NCBI GenBank assembly: GCA_965197465.1 | Contig: OZ240209.1 | Location: forward strand, 3,965,174 to 4,029,173 | Origin: Candidatus Poribacteria bacterium | GTDB lineage: Bacteria > Poribacteria > WGA-4E > JAJDTR01 | Direction of reading: 5' to 3' | DNA: 64,000 nt | Program-made: the position numbers and the translations under genes | Part shown: piece after piece, positions 28,345-39,245 of the stretch | Layout: the number at the start of each line of letters is the position of its first letter | How positions within the stretch are numbered: the stretch's first letter is position 1 | The notes under the pieces: generated by a model | The model's input: the letters and a program-made list of their open reading frames with translations, nothing else | Told to the model about the DNA's origin: nothing | Database searches by the model: none

Positions 28345-29340
28345 ATGCCGACGGGGCGAATCAAATACTATAATGCTGAAAAGGGGTTCGGATTCATTGC
28401 ACAGGACAATGGAGATGCGGATGTTTTTTTACACAACTCTGTAGTAAAACACTGGGAAGACGATGAGCTTCGGATCGGACAACGCGTGGAATATAGCATT
28501 GTTGAAGGAAAAAGAGGACTGGTTGCTCAAGATGTCGAGGTCTTGCTCTCTCCAATCGAACGGAAATGGCTTCGTCAAGGCAAAGCGGTCATCCCACGCG
28601 ATTATCTGGGCACCCTGTCGCAGCAACCGGAAAAGAGTTTGAATCTAAATCAATCCTTCCGGTCTACCAAGGTCCCGCCCACTACAGCGCCTGCCTCAGC
28701 CTCGGGAACGTCTTCACGCCCTCAAGAGGATGGTGCACAAGTAGATGCTACACCTCTTGGGTCGGAGACGCTTGAAGATGTTGAATCCCGAATCAATAAG
28801 GGCTCAAAGAAAGATGCTACGAGTTCTGATACTCCGAGACCAAGGCGCGAGAATCGACCAACCTTCGGCCATCTCTACATTCAGAAGCAGATTGAATTTC
28901 AAACCGATATGATCTTTGGCTTGTACGACCATCAATACATCTCGGTAACTATTCAAGGATTCAATAAATACGGATTCATACTCCGAATTGATAGCGAGGA
29001 TCTAGAAATTTCAAGGAGGAGTGCCAAATTCTGCTATAAAGTCCAAGATGCCGAGAAATTACAAGCAATCCTTCGCTACAACGAGACGATTCGAGACCGA
29101 CAATTGGGCCCTGTAGAGTCGCCTGAGGAGGGGTTCCAAATTGACACACAACAACTTGTGGCTGCCCGTGAAAACCGAGTCCCTATCGAAGTGACAATGC
29201 GTGAAGGCGAGGTTTTCCGAGGTTGCGTGGACTGGGAAAGTCTGAATGAGATTAAGCTGGTTTTGGAAAACGGTTCGAAGATCGTCCTGTTTCGCTCGTC
29301 AGTCCAGGATTTTAAGGTGTGCTCAAGGGAAGGAATTTGA
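28345..29340 (+). CDS. Cold-shock domain protein fused to two putative Sm/Hfq-like domains
   Basis: N-terminus is MPTGRIKYYNAEKGFGFIAQDNGDADVFLH, a CspA RNP1-type domain. The C-terminus RENRVPIEVTMREGEVFRGCVDWESLNEIKLVLENGSKIVLFRSSVQDF follows the Hfq pattern (VP.SIyL.NG..L.G.i..fD.f.ilL.n...q.VyKHAIS). A weaker upstream copy is GFNKYGFILRIDSEDLEISRRSAKFCYKV. A 500-bp 5' region precedes the gene. Confidence 0.65.
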   Translation: MPTGRIKYYNAEKGFGFIAQDNGDADVFLHNSVVKHWEDDELRIGQRVEYSIVEGKRGLVAQDVEVLLSPIERKWLRQGKAVIPRDYLGTLSQQPEKSLNLNQSFRSTKVPPTTAPASASGTSSRPQEDGAQVDATPLGSETLEDVESRINKGSKKDATSSDTPRPRRENRPTFGHLYIQKQIEFQTDMIFGLYDHQYISVTIQGFNKYGFILRIDSEDLEISRRSAKFCYKVQDAEKLQAILRYNETIRDRQLGPVESPEEGFQIDTQQLVAARENRVPIEVTMREGEVFRGCVDWESLNEIKLVLENGSKIVLFRSSVQDFKVCSREGI

Positions 29341-29713
29341 GGAGAAAAATACACGAGTCTTGGTTGCTGACACTACCAAGAGTCTGTGATTGTTGCCTTA
29401 CGGAGGATGGGAAATCATACACACGGCGCCATAGCATTCTCTTGTTTCTTGTCATCCCGGAATAAGATTAATGGAGACAAGAGGACAATAGAGAAAGCAT
29501 ATCAACACTTGCGCAAAGATCCGGTTACAGTCAAGAGACAAAGCATAATCGGAAATTCCTACCTGAGGTCGGCCGAAAACCCACCATCGACAGATTGCGC
29601 CAGCCATCGTGTTGGTTCATGCTAATTTCATCAACGAGATCGCACCAACTCCCGGAAGGGTATTCATCCGTGTTTCGCAGTCATCGGTCAAACTCGGCGC
29701 GCGCTTGAGATCC

Positions 29714-29980
29714 CTAGGAAGATTCTTGGAAATAGTCCGCGTTCAGTTGTGTAAAGTGAGCCCATTCCTCCGGAACATCCTCTTCCATAAAAATCGCCTC
29801 AACCGGACATTCAGGTTCGCACACTCCGCAGTCAATGCATTCTTCAGGTTCTATGTAGAGCTGGTTGACGTTCTCAAAATCGTCTGCCGATGCCGTGGGG
29901 TGGATGCAGTCCACAGGACACACATCAACACAAGCAGTATCCTTAACATCAATACACGGTTCTGTAATCACGTAGGTCAT
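29714..29980 (-). CDS. fdx: 2x[4Fe-4S] ferredoxin
   Basis: CIDCGVCEPECP and CVDVCPVDC cluster motifs. 88 aa. Confidence 0.8.
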   Translation of the reverse strand: MTYVITEPCIDVKDTACVDVCPVDCIHPTASADDFENVNQLYIEPEECIDCGVCEPECPVEAIFMEEDVPEEWAHFTQLNADYFQESS

Positions 29981-30205
29981 TTCAAAAACACTCCGTAGTC
30001 AATTTATTGCCAAGGCAAATCAGCCTTTTACGCCAAGATGAGTTCGCGAATGTCTTGGTTTATATTGCCCATCCAAACAATCTAATCATATCACATCCGC
30101 AAGATATTGTCAAATGGATTCACGGGTTTTTGCAGGACAATCGCATCTAATTTTTGATTGCAAAGGCGTCCTCTACATCGCCTCTCCGCCCTCTGTCAAA
30201 TCACC

Positions 30206-30234
30206 TTGACACTATCCCCGCTCGTCTATATAAT
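30206..30234 (+). promoter_or_regulatory. Consensus sigma70 promoter TTGACA-N17-TATAAT upstream of lpdA
   Basis: Exact -35 at 30206-30211 and exact -10 at 30229-30234, 46 nt upstream of the lpdA ATG. Confidence 0.6.
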
Positions 30235-30279
30235 AGCCCGCGTGCATTCTACTAGGAATCTAATTTCACGGAGGCGGAG

Positions 30280-31662
30280 ATGTCCACATTTGACGTTGCT
30301 ATTATTGGAGGTGGGCCAGGAGGCTACGTTGCAGCGATAAAAGCCGCGCAATTGGGCGGCAGAGTTTGCTTGATTGAACAGGGGGAATGGGGAGGCACTT
30401 GCCTGAATCGTGGGTGTATTCCGACTAAAACGCTCTATGCTGTCGCAAATCTGATGACCCAGGTTCATGATGCGGCAGGGTTTGGTATCAACATTCAGGG
30501 CGCCGAAATTGACTATCCTCAAGTTTTGGCTCACAAGAATGGGACCGTCAAGAAACTGACGAGGGGCATCGGACAACTGCTGAAAGGGAATGGAGTTCAC
30601 ACAATCAACGGTTTTGGCAGATTAATTGGCGTCAACACAATTGAAGTGAACAAAACCGATGGCTCGGTGGATCAAATTAGTGCGCCGAAAGTCATTCTTG
30701 CCACCGGATCCGAGCCGGCGAATATTCCGATTTTCGAGATTGACGAGCAGCAGGTGTTGACTACGACCGGCATCTTAGAATTGCCTGAATTACCAGAAAG
30801 TCTAATCATAGTCGGCGGTGGCGTTTCGGGGTGTGAGTTTGCTTCAATTTACAATGGCTTAGGCTGCCAAATCACCGTCCTTGAACTTCTGCCGACCATC
30901 CTTGCAACCGAAGACGCTCAAGTCGTCAGGCATGTTCATCAGTCAATGAGACGAAAAGGCATCGCAATCAAGACGAAAGCCAATGTAACGCATGTTGCGA
31001 AATCGGAAACGAGTATTAAGGCTACACTGGAATCCGGTGAAGAATTTTCGGCTGAAAAGATGCTAATTTCCATAGGACGACGTTTGAACTCCGAGAACAT
31101 TGGGTTAGACCACGCAGGGGTTCGTACGGAAAAAGGGAAAATTCTTGTCAACGAGCGGATGGAAACTAACGTGCCTGGAATCTACGCTGTCGGCGATGTC
31201 TCAAGTCGATACGCACTAGCACATGTGGCGTCAGCCGAAGGGATTGTGGCAGCCCGAAACTGCATGGGGGAAGATGCGGAAATGGATTACGGTACTGTTC
31301 CATGGTGCGTTTTCACAATTCCTGAGATTGCGAGAGTGGGTATGACGGAAGACGAAGCAACCTCGGAAGGGTACGTAATCAAGGTAGGACGATTCCCTTA
31401 TGCCGCAAGCGGTAAAGCGATTGGCATGCGCGAGACAGACGGATTTGTTAAAATCATCTCCGACTCCGATTCCGGAGATATCCTTGGTGTGCACATTGTC
31501 GGGGCACACGCATCAGATCTTATCCATGAAGCGGTTGTGGCGATCGGCCTAGGGGCATCTGTTGAAGAACTTGCTCACACAATTCATGCTCACCCGACCC
31601 TAGGTGAGGCAGTCATGGAGTCGGCTGAAGCGGCTTATAATCGCGCGATTCATATCATGTAG
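30280..31662 (+). CDS. lpdA: Dihydrolipoyl dehydrogenase
   Basis: FAD-binding GGGPGGY, redox-active disulfide GGTCLNRGCIPTK, and C-terminal HAHPTLGE dimerisation motif. Confidence 0.9.
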   Translation: MSTFDVAIIGGGPGGYVAAIKAAQLGGRVCLIEQGEWGGTCLNRGCIPTKTLYAVANLMTQVHDAAGFGINIQGAEIDYPQVLAHKNGTVKKLTRGIGQLLKGNGVHTINGFGRLIGVNTIEVNKTDGSVDQISAPKVILATGSEPANIPIFEIDEQQVLTTTGILELPELPESLIIVGGGVSGCEFASIYNGLGCQITVLELLPTILATEDAQVVRHVHQSMRRKGIAIKTKANVTHVAKSETSIKATLESGEEFSAEKMLISIGRRLNSENIGLDHAGVRTEKGKILVNERMETNVPGIYAVGDVSSRYALAHVASAEGIVAARNCMGEDAEMDYGTVPWCVFTIPEIARVGMTEDEATSEGYVIKVGRFPYAASGKAIGMRETDGFVKIISDSDSGDILGVHIVGAHASDLIHEAVVAIGLGASVEELAHTIHAHPTLGEAVMESAEAAYNRAIHIM

Positions 31663-31909
31663 GATCAAGCGAGTGGATAACGAGCGCGATAGGGATCCCT
31701 CTGCGACCATCAAATCGCAGATGTGCCCTCCCCTGTGCTGTCCCAAGATTGTAGTGGGCATTCACGCTTGTCCCGACTGAACAACGTACAATCTTCGAAT
31801 ATTGTCTGGAGCGGTATCTGTTATAACAGGGTGAACACGGGGGAAGATTCCATCTAAGAAAAGAAATCGGTAATTTGACGATTTGGTAGGTTGAAATCCT
31901 TGCGGGACT

Positions 31910-32815
31910 TCAATACCGTATCGACTTCCGTAGTTCTTGGTAGCGACGATCGATTTCCGCGCGTTTCAGGGTACGCTGGCGATTCAGACTAAAATCTTCG
32001 ACATTAAATGACGCGACTATTGTGCCGTAGATGATAGCTTGTCTGATTGTTTCCTCAGAGGTATCGCCAATCGAAGCCACATAACCAAGGAAGCCGCCGG
32101 CAAAGCTATCGCCTGCCCCGGTTGGGTCGCACACCGATTCAAGTGGATGAGCTGGGGCAGAAAAAAAGGTCGTCGCAGTGAGGGATATAGCGCCATGCTC
32201 GCCCTTCTTGACAATCACTCGACTTGGTCCATAAGTAAGAATCTTCTTGGCAGCCAAAATTAGGTTGCTTTCTCCAGTCAATAGTCGTGCCTCGGCGTCG
32301 TTTAGGATCAATATGTCTACCTTCCCAAGGGTTTGCATCAGCGCCGCACGACTGATATCAATCCAGAGGTTCATCGTATCGCAAACAACTAACTTCGGAC
32401 GATTGACCTGTTCGAGAACGTTGAGTTGTAGCTCCGGATTTATGTTGGCCAAAAAAACGTATGGCGTGCCACGATAAGACTCGGGCAATTTTGGCTGAAA
32501 GTCTCCGTACACATTGAGATCTGTAAAAAGTGTAGATGCGGAGTTAAGATCGTCGGTGTAGCGTCCCCCCCAACGAAAAGTTTGCCCACCTTCCACTCGT
32601 TCCAACCCCTCAATGTTGATGTGTCGCGACTCAAGGAATGCAACATGCTCCTGTGGAAAGTCGTCGCCGACGACAGCGACCATCCGGATGGAATTCGAAA
32701 AGAAACTCGCGGCTGTGGAAAAGTAGATTGCAGATCCGCCGAGGGCGTCTTCGACTCGACCGGCGGGTGTCTCAACCGAATCGAGTCCCACAGATCCGAC
32801 AACTAAGATACTCAT
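31910..32815 (-). CDS. PfkB-family carbohydrate/nucleoside kinase, probably adenosine kinase given its linkage to ahcY-metK
   Basis: DPTGAGDSFAGGFLG PfkB signature. Same strand as ahcY and metK. Confidence 0.7.
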   Translation of the reverse strand: MSILVVGSVGLDSVETPAGRVEDALGGSAIYFSTAASFFSNSIRMVAVVGDDFPQEHVAFLESRHINIEGLERVEGGQTFRWGGRYTDDLNSASTLFTDLNVYGDFQPKLPESYRGTPYVFLANINPELQLNVLEQVNRPKLVVCDTMNLWIDISRAALMQTLGKVDILILNDAEARLLTGESNLILAAKKILTYGPSRVIVKKGEHGAISLTATTFFSAPAHPLESVCDPTGAGDSFAGGFLGYVASIGDTSEETIRQAIIYGTIVASFNVEDFSLNRQRTLKRAEIDRRYQELRKSIRY

Positions 32816-33497
32816 CTGGACGAAGCCTCAAGAAAAGAATAATGAAAGAGCGCGGTGCGTTTAGGGTAGGCTATTAGGGATGATGTATATTGTTTAGTTT
32901 AGTTCGTAGGTTGGGTTTCGCTACATCTGTGTGCACGAGCGAGTCATGGGAAAACTGAATTCTTTTCGGAAACTTGATAGAACTTGGTTGTTGAAGGGAT
33001 TTCTATCGCACTCGCTATCGCACTCGCTATCCAATCGCTTGATCTCAGCGATTTCTGCTTTCGCGGAATGCCGCCACCATCCTCCGAACACGCCGTATCA
33101 GAATTGTAACAAGTACAACGAGCACGACAAATTGCAATACCCGAAGCAGGCTAAGTACCCCGCTGGGCATGTCAACCTCTCTTGATTGCGCCAACCAGAT
33201 TGGAAGAAGCGCGACAGCCGACACGAGCAGTATCCAATTTTCCCAACGATCCCACGTTTTCATGAGAGCAAACCCTCCAAATCAATCTCTATAGTCATTG
33301 CAATTAAGAATTACACATGTGTTTATAACATACCCAATTTCCCACCCATTCCCGTAGGTCGGGCTTCCAGCCCGACCCGCTCAATGGGAAACGTCGTAAA
33401 CCGGGAGATTGTGAGCTAAGTCGAGTCAATCAACGCTCATATGGGTAAATATAAATGCACATGACTATAACTGCTAACGCTTAAACTCGCCATCGGA

Positions 33498-34760
33498 TCA
33501 GGTACCCATAGTCCAAGAACTCAGATAGGTATGTTGTTCTTCCGTAAGTTCGTCAATCTCAACGCCAAGCGCATGAAGTTTCATCTCGGCAATCGATGTA
33601 TCAATTCCTTCCGGAACAATATACACGCTTTTCTCCAGGTTTTCGTGGTTTTTTACAATATACTCAGCAGACAGAGCCTGATTCGCAAAACTCATGTCCA
33701 TGACACTCGCCGGGTGGCCCTCCGCCGAAGTGAGGTTAATGAGTCGTCCTTCGCCCAGAAGATGGAGTTTGCGCCCATCCCCCAACGTGTACTCTTCGAC
33801 ATATTTCCGCACAACCTTCTTTTCTACGCTTAGTTCCTCAAGATCGTCAATGTTGATTTCGACATTAAAGTGACCCGAATTGCAAATGACTGCGCCATCC
33901 TTCATCACTTCAAAATGTTCGCGTCGAAGAACGTGTATGTCTCCCGTGATGGTCACTACAACGTCCGCCTCGGTCACGGCTTTGGTCATCGGTAGAACGC
34001 GGAAACCGTCCATTACCGCCTCAAGCGCGTTAAGGGCATCGACTTCGGTGACGATGACATTTGCGCCCAAGCCGCGCGCTCTGTTGGCGAATCCTCGGCC
34101 GCACCAGCCATAGCCGGCTACGACAACCGTTGCACCCGCGATTAACAGATTCGTTGCGCGAATGATGCCGTCCAGCGTGCTCTGACCCGTACCGTACCGA
34201 TTGTCGAAAAAGTGCTTCGTTTTGGCGTCATTCACCGCGATGATGGGATACTTCAAAACGCCTTCGTTCGCCATGCTTTTCAGGCGAATCACTCCCGTTG
34301 TTGTTTCCTCGGTCCCCGCAAACACATTTTCGACAAAGCCGGGGTTCATATCTTCGGCATGAAGTCGAGAGACAAGATCCGCGCCGTCGTCCATGGTGAT
34401 CATCGGTCCCGAATTGATAGCGGCATCAATATGCTGATAGTAGGTTTCGGTGTCTTCGCCGTTGATGGCAAACACCGGTATTCCATCGTGCACGACCAGT
34501 GATGCCGCCACATCATCCTGCGTGCTCAATGGATTCGAGGCGCACAAAATCACCTCCGCTCCGCCCGCTTTCAGTGCTCGCATAAGGTTCGCGGTTTCGG
34601 TTGTAACGTGCAAACACGCAGCCGCCCTTATCCCCTCAAGCGGACGATCTTTCTTAAAACGCTCGCGGATTGAACGGAGTACAGGCATAAAGCGATCCGC
34701 CCAGTCAATACGTAGTTTTCCTTCTGCTGCCAAGTTGCGACTCTTAATATCGCAGTCCAT
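33498..34760 (-). CDS. ahcY: Adenosylhomocysteinase
   Basis: 420 aa. NAD-binding GYGWCGRG. Typical SAHH length and motifs. Confidence 0.95.
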   Translation of the reverse strand: MDCDIKSRNLAAEGKLRIDWADRFMPVLRSIRERFKKDRPLEGIRAAACLHVTTETANLMRALKAGGAEVILCASNPLSTQDDVAASLVVHDGIPVFAINGEDTETYYQHIDAAINSGPMITMDDGADLVSRLHAEDMNPGFVENVFAGTEETTTGVIRLKSMANEGVLKYPIIAVNDAKTKHFFDNRYGTGQSTLDGIIRATNLLIAGATVVVAGYGWCGRGFANRARGLGANVIVTEVDALNALEAVMDGFRVLPMTKAVTEADVVVTITGDIHVLRREHFEVMKDGAVICNSGHFNVEINIDDLEELSVEKKVVRKYVEEYTLGDGRKLHLLGEGRLINLTSAEGHPASVMDMSFANQALSAEYIVKNHENLEKSVYIVPEGIDTSIAEMKLHALGVEIDELTEEQHTYLSSWTMGT

Positions 34761-34770
34761 TTCTTCTCCT

Positions 34771-35919
34771 TCAGAGTCCAGCTTCTGATCTAAGCAGATC
34801 GGTGTAATCAGTTAATTCCCAAGTAAAACCTGGTTCATTACGTCCAAAATGTCCATAACTTGCTGTATTTTGATAGATTGGCTTTCGCAAATCAAGTCGC
34901 TTGATGATTCCATACGGTGTCAAATCGAATTGCTTCTGAACAAGTGTTGTAAGCTGTTCATCCGCAATTTTGCCGGTACCAAAGGTCTCAACCATGATTG
35001 AGATAGGCTCCTCCACTCCGATAGCGTAGGAGATCTCAACTTCACATCGATCTGCGAGTCCCGCGGCAACAATGTTCTTTGCCATATGTCGAGCAGCGTA
35101 GCATGCGCTTCGATCTACCTTTGTCGGATCTTTGCCGGAAAACGCTCCCCCACCGTGTCTGCCCATCCCGCCGTACGTATCGGCAATGATCTTTCTCCCG
35201 GTTAAGCCCGAATCGCCCTGCGGTCCCCCTACGACAAACCTGCCGGTCGGATTGATATGATATTTGATGTTTGCACCTCGCAGGTTGTCGGGGATGACAT
35301 GTTTAATGATTTCTTCAACCACGCCCTCTTTCAACACCCCGTCAGGCACGTCTGGATGGTGTTGTGTAGAGATGACGACCGTATCCACATTAACAGGTTC
35401 ACCATTTAGGTATTCAACCGTCACCTGAGATTTTCCATCCGGGCGAAGAAACTCAAGTATGCCTTCTTTCCGTGCTTCCGCGAGACGTCGTGTGAGTTTG
35501 TGTGCCAAAGTAATGGGCATCGGCATTAATTCCGGCGTTTCGTTACACGCGTAGCCGAACATCATACCTTGATCGCCTGCACCACGGCGATCAACTCCCA
35601 TTGCAATATCGGGAGATTGTTCGTCAATCGCCGTCAACAAGGCGCAATGATCGCAGTCAAATCCATAACTAGCATCAATATAGCCAATGTCTCGTATTAC
35701 GTTCCGAGCAAGTGACGAAATATCAACATGATTTGCGCGCGTAGTAATCTCACCGGTGACAAGTGCAAGCCCGGTTGTCACGAGTGTCTCACAGGCAACA
35801 CGGCCCATCGGATCTTCCGACATAATTGCATCAAGTACAGCATCAGAAATCTGATCCGCAACCTTATCAGGGTGCCCTTCAGTTATCGATTCTGATGTGA
35901 ACAGATAGTTTCGGCTCAA
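34771..35919 (-). CDS. metK: S-adenosylmethionine synthetase
   Basis: [25 protein letters not shown] at the N-terminus and the [16 protein letters not shown] signature. Confidence 0.95.
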   Translation of the reverse strand: MSRNYLFTSESITEGHPDKVADQISDAVLDAIMSEDPMGRVACETLVTTGLALVTGEITTRANHVDISSLARNVIRDIGYIDASYGFDCDHCALLTAIDEQSPDIAMGVDRRGAGDQGMMFGYACNETPELMPMPITLAHKLTRRLAEARKEGILEFLRPDGKSQVTVEYLNGEPVNVDTVVISTQHHPDVPDGVLKEGVVEEIIKHVIPDNLRGANIKYHINPTGRFVVGGPQGDSGLTGRKIIADTYGGMGRHGGGAFSGKDPTKVDRSACYAARHMAKNIVAAGLADRCEVEISYAIGVEEPISIMVETFGTGKIADEQLTTLVQKQFDLTPYGIIKRLDLRKPIYQNTASYGHFGRNEPGFTWELTDYTDLLRSEAGL

Positions 35920-35970
35920 TTGGTGTCTCCTCCTATACCATACGGCTAAAGTAGGGCAAGCAAATTGGCT

Positions 35971-38119
35971 TTACTTCCTTATCAGCATTTTCCGTGTCGC
36001 CGTGAACTCGCCGGCCCTCAGCGTGTAAAAATAGAGACCACTGGCGATAGACTCACCACGCTGATTACGACCATCCCAATAGGCAGCGCGGTTGCGGCTC
36101 TGATACAGCCCCGCCGCTTGATGCCCCACCGCCAAACGCCGAACCATCTGCCCAATCATATCATAGATTGTCAGCGCCACCTCCGCGGGGGCTGCCAACT
36201 GATACGGTATCCAGGTTTCCGGATTAAACGGATTCGGATAGTTGGGGTGCAACGCCGTCTCTTTGGGAATAATCAGCGAGGCTAACAGGTTTTCCAAATT
36301 CGCAATGCCCTGTCGAAAAGCAATCGAACCGTCATCTTCGAGGCGTGCCTGTGCAATCCATGCCTCTATCACCGCTGCATCGGCGCGCCCCATCGCAACC
36401 GCGGGTGCAGTGGCTGAGGTAGTTTTGCCAATCCCCTGCGCTACAAGGGTGAGATCAAAAATGTTGACAACGCCGTCGCCATTGACATCGACGGACGAGC
36501 CAGCAGCCACGGTTCTCCCCAACTGCCGTGCAACCAGAATCAGGTCCAGAATATTGACAACCTCGTCACGATTCACATCCCCGGTCAGCAGTCGTTCCTT
36601 CACAGTGATGTGAGTTTCATGCGGTCCCGCCGGGATGTTTTCCCCAGTGAAAGAGCCGAATAGGAAGTTCTCCAGTACTAAACTCGTTTCGCCATCCGAC
36701 TTCGCATTGAACCTCACCTGAAGGATGGTGCCGCTGCCATTCACCCCGCGGTTGGAGAGCAGTGCAGACTTGAGTTCTGTGATTTTACCTGCTGCATTGT
36801 CAATGCGCCCACTCTGGAAGAAAGTCGCTCCGCCGTCAGCCTTCAGGAAGTCGCCTTCGCTCAGGTCAATTGCTTCGAGTATAGCAGGGTCGAACGCTAT
36901 ATCAAACTGCCACCCCGCCAAGTCGGAGACGTTTTTTGCACGGACATCTAAGGTAAAGGTATCGCCGATGTGAATTGGCAGCTTGGAAAAGGCGTATCCG
37001 ACACCACTTGTCACCGTATATTCGGTGCCGGGCTCAAACCCAAAAAAGCCGTTAGCAAAGGTTTGAACCGCGACTAACAAAACATTTCTTCCTTGCTGCA
37101 GCGTGACTGAGTAAAAATCAGTGTAATCCTCACTACCCTCCCTATCCCAGTGGCCGTGCTGGTGAATCTAAGCCCCGTTGAGCCAAACCTTCAGCTCGTG
37201 ATCGCTGCCGACGTACATGGTTGTGTCCTGCTGGCGTGGTGAATAGAGGGACACAGAGCCGTAAATGACGGCGTCAGGGATGGAGCGTTTCAGCATATCT
37301 TCAATGTTATTCTTGCCCGTAGGTGGGGGTATGTGGAATTTCCACATACTACTGCCTACCGAGCGTCCTGCAGTTGCACCGTCGGTAGCCACCCCCACTT
37401 CTGTCGCCGTGCCACCACTTGCTTCTGATAGCAAATCCGTGCCACTATCTAGTCTTGTATTCGGCAATACGACCCATAACCATGGTCCCTCTATTTTCGG
37501 ACCTCCTTTTGGGAAACCCGGGTTGCCGTGCCAAATGAACCTTCCGAGATTTTTGCGAAACTCTGTTATCTGTTAAAGGGGAAAAATCAGATATTTTGTT
37601 GTATTGGAGTTCCAACCTTTCTAGATTTGTTAACCCGGTTAAAGGAGATATATCTGATATTTCGTTGTATTCGAGTCGCAATTCTCCTAGTTTTGCTAAT
37701 CCCGCCAAAGGAGACACATCTGATATTTTATTTATTGCAATGCTTAGAACGTTAAGGTTTGTTGACATTTAAAGGGGCACAATGTCAGCTACCTAATTGT
37801 GGACAAGATCTATGACCTTTAATTTCGTTAACTGGCTAATAGGTTCAAGGTTAGATTCCTTATTGTCGTGAAGTTTAAGGACTTCTAAGTTGGATAACTT
37901 GACAAGGGGCGAGAGGTCTGTGACTTCGTGATGTCGAAACTCAATACTTATTAGTGTTGTCATGTCGGCTACAGCTGAAATTTCTGATATACCTTCACCA
38001 TAAAAACGCAGTCTTTTCAAATTCGTTAGACCGGCTATCGGTGAAATGTCTGTTATGTTGCCGCGGAATTCTAGTTGTTCCAGTTGTGTTAAGTTTGCCA
38101 AGGGAGATGAATCTCGCAC
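35971..38119 (-). pseudogene. Decayed multidomain gene: LRR repeats, LamG-like beta-sandwich, cohesin, dockerin, T9SS-type C-terminal sorting domain. It has three in-frame stops and one 7-bp tandem duplication that shifts the frame.
   Basis: ORFs 37793..38119 and 37445..37768 share a frame, interrupted by TAG (37793-95) and TAA (37769-71) inside conserved LRR positions. The duplicated TCTGTTA at 37562-37575 shifts into the frame of 37168..37467 (...WHGNPGFPKGGP...SDHELKVWLNGA). That frame runs through TAG (37168-70) into 35971..37080, which carries the cohesin (DVRAKNVSDLAGWQFDIAFDPAILEAIDL), the dockerin (DVNRDEVVNILDLILVARQLG, DVNGDGVVNIFDLTLVAQGIG) and the CTD (NYPNPFNPETWIPYQL...GLYFYTLRAGEFTATRKMLIRK). 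Confidence 0.5.
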
Positions 38120-38248
38120 GCGCGTATCCCAACCTCCAAAAAAATCAGTTTTGCACAGCTGGCAAGCGGAGACAGGTCCTTGAAATGCCTCATGGAAACG
38201 TGAAATCGGTTCACCTCTGCCGATGTCACAAACCTAAATAGGTACTAA

Positions 38249-38348
38249 CGGTAGGTGCGATCAAGTGACCGAATAGGATCAAACGACCGAATAGGGAGTG
38301 CGATAGTAGATCCCACGCGATAGAGATCCCTCTAACCGCACCGATGAC
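38249..38348. repeat. GATCAA/GCGATAG mosaic element, near-duplicate of 22000-22095
   Basis: CGGTAGGTGCGATCAAGTGACCGAATAGGATCAAACGACC...GCGATAGTAGATCCCACGCGATAGAGATCCCTCTAACCGCACCG. It has inverted termini CGGTAGGTGCG / CGCACCG and four GATC sites. Confidence 0.65.
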
Positions 38349-39245
38349 ACAACCCCCGCGAGGCACAGTTAGAAACAGCGCCTACCACAAGAGAAGCAAT
38401 CCGAGCAAGTTGCATAGCATCAGGAATCTCTGAGACTTTTTCAATGGTCAACCAAAAACACCAGATAATCACAATCTCTCCCGCTTTTCTTCAACGCTTG
38501 ATTGGCACCGTCTGTTATACTGCTTAAATGTACAAAGTCGAGATAAGAGGATGTCTCCTTATTGATAACCATTGGTGCTATCTTGAAATTTGGAGGTCAA
38601 TTGGCGTTGCATAACCCTCTGCCTGCGTTTTTTTGTGCGTTGAATGATGGTCATGAGACCATTTCCTTGATTCCACCGTCAATCTGAGTGCCAAACAATT
38701 CTCAAGAGTATTTTCCTATAGATAGATTTGGGAGATAATTTCGCTAACTAGGAAAAGGGTAGCAAACTGGATTTATTGCGGTATGCTTTGACAGACATCT
38801 GCAAATGCTCTGTCTTTCAGCAGATGGCTTTGTCTATCTTTACACGAATACTCTCTCTAAGAATATGGGGACTAAAATAAGATAGGCCGATTTGTCGTTA
38901 TCTGAGGGAAGGGATTCCATCGACTAATATTAGGTGAGGTTTGAAAAACAGAATGGAGGCGGGGCAACATACATGAAACTCGAATTACATCCTTGCCAAG
39001 GCAATTATTGCGATGACAAGGGTACGGTCATAGACGATAGCCGGACACTCCAATGACATACTGCGCCATTAAAATCTTATCGAAGACTAAATCTGACGCA
39101 TCCGTCAGACGCCAAACTCCACGGTTTATTCAATCTAAGCGGCACCACACCCATTTGGACGCGCCATAGCTCAAGTGGAATTGACTTTGAAGAATTCGTA
39201 ATTTTGGTTTTTAAAATCCGTTATCAACCCGGTGTGCCTAGGGTA

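Noticed and set aside
33045-33263. 72-aa two-helix membrane ORF between the PfkB kinase and ahcY.
   Set aside because: It could be a real small membrane protein. It overlaps repeat-family sequence, has no RBS, and I cannot support it beyond hydrophobicity.
24181-38119. An alternative genetic code to explain the in-frame stops in the LRR and dockerin genes.
   Set aside because: TAG, TAA and TGA all occur in-frame. Each also terminates well-conserved housekeeping genes in this window: dnaE ends in TAG, cas3' in TAA, cas7 in TGA. No single reassignment fits.
39160-39185. tRNA-like 5' end GCGCCATAGCTCAAGTGG.
   Set aside because: There is no AGAGC D-loop continuation, no anticodon arm, and no T-arm within 90 nt.
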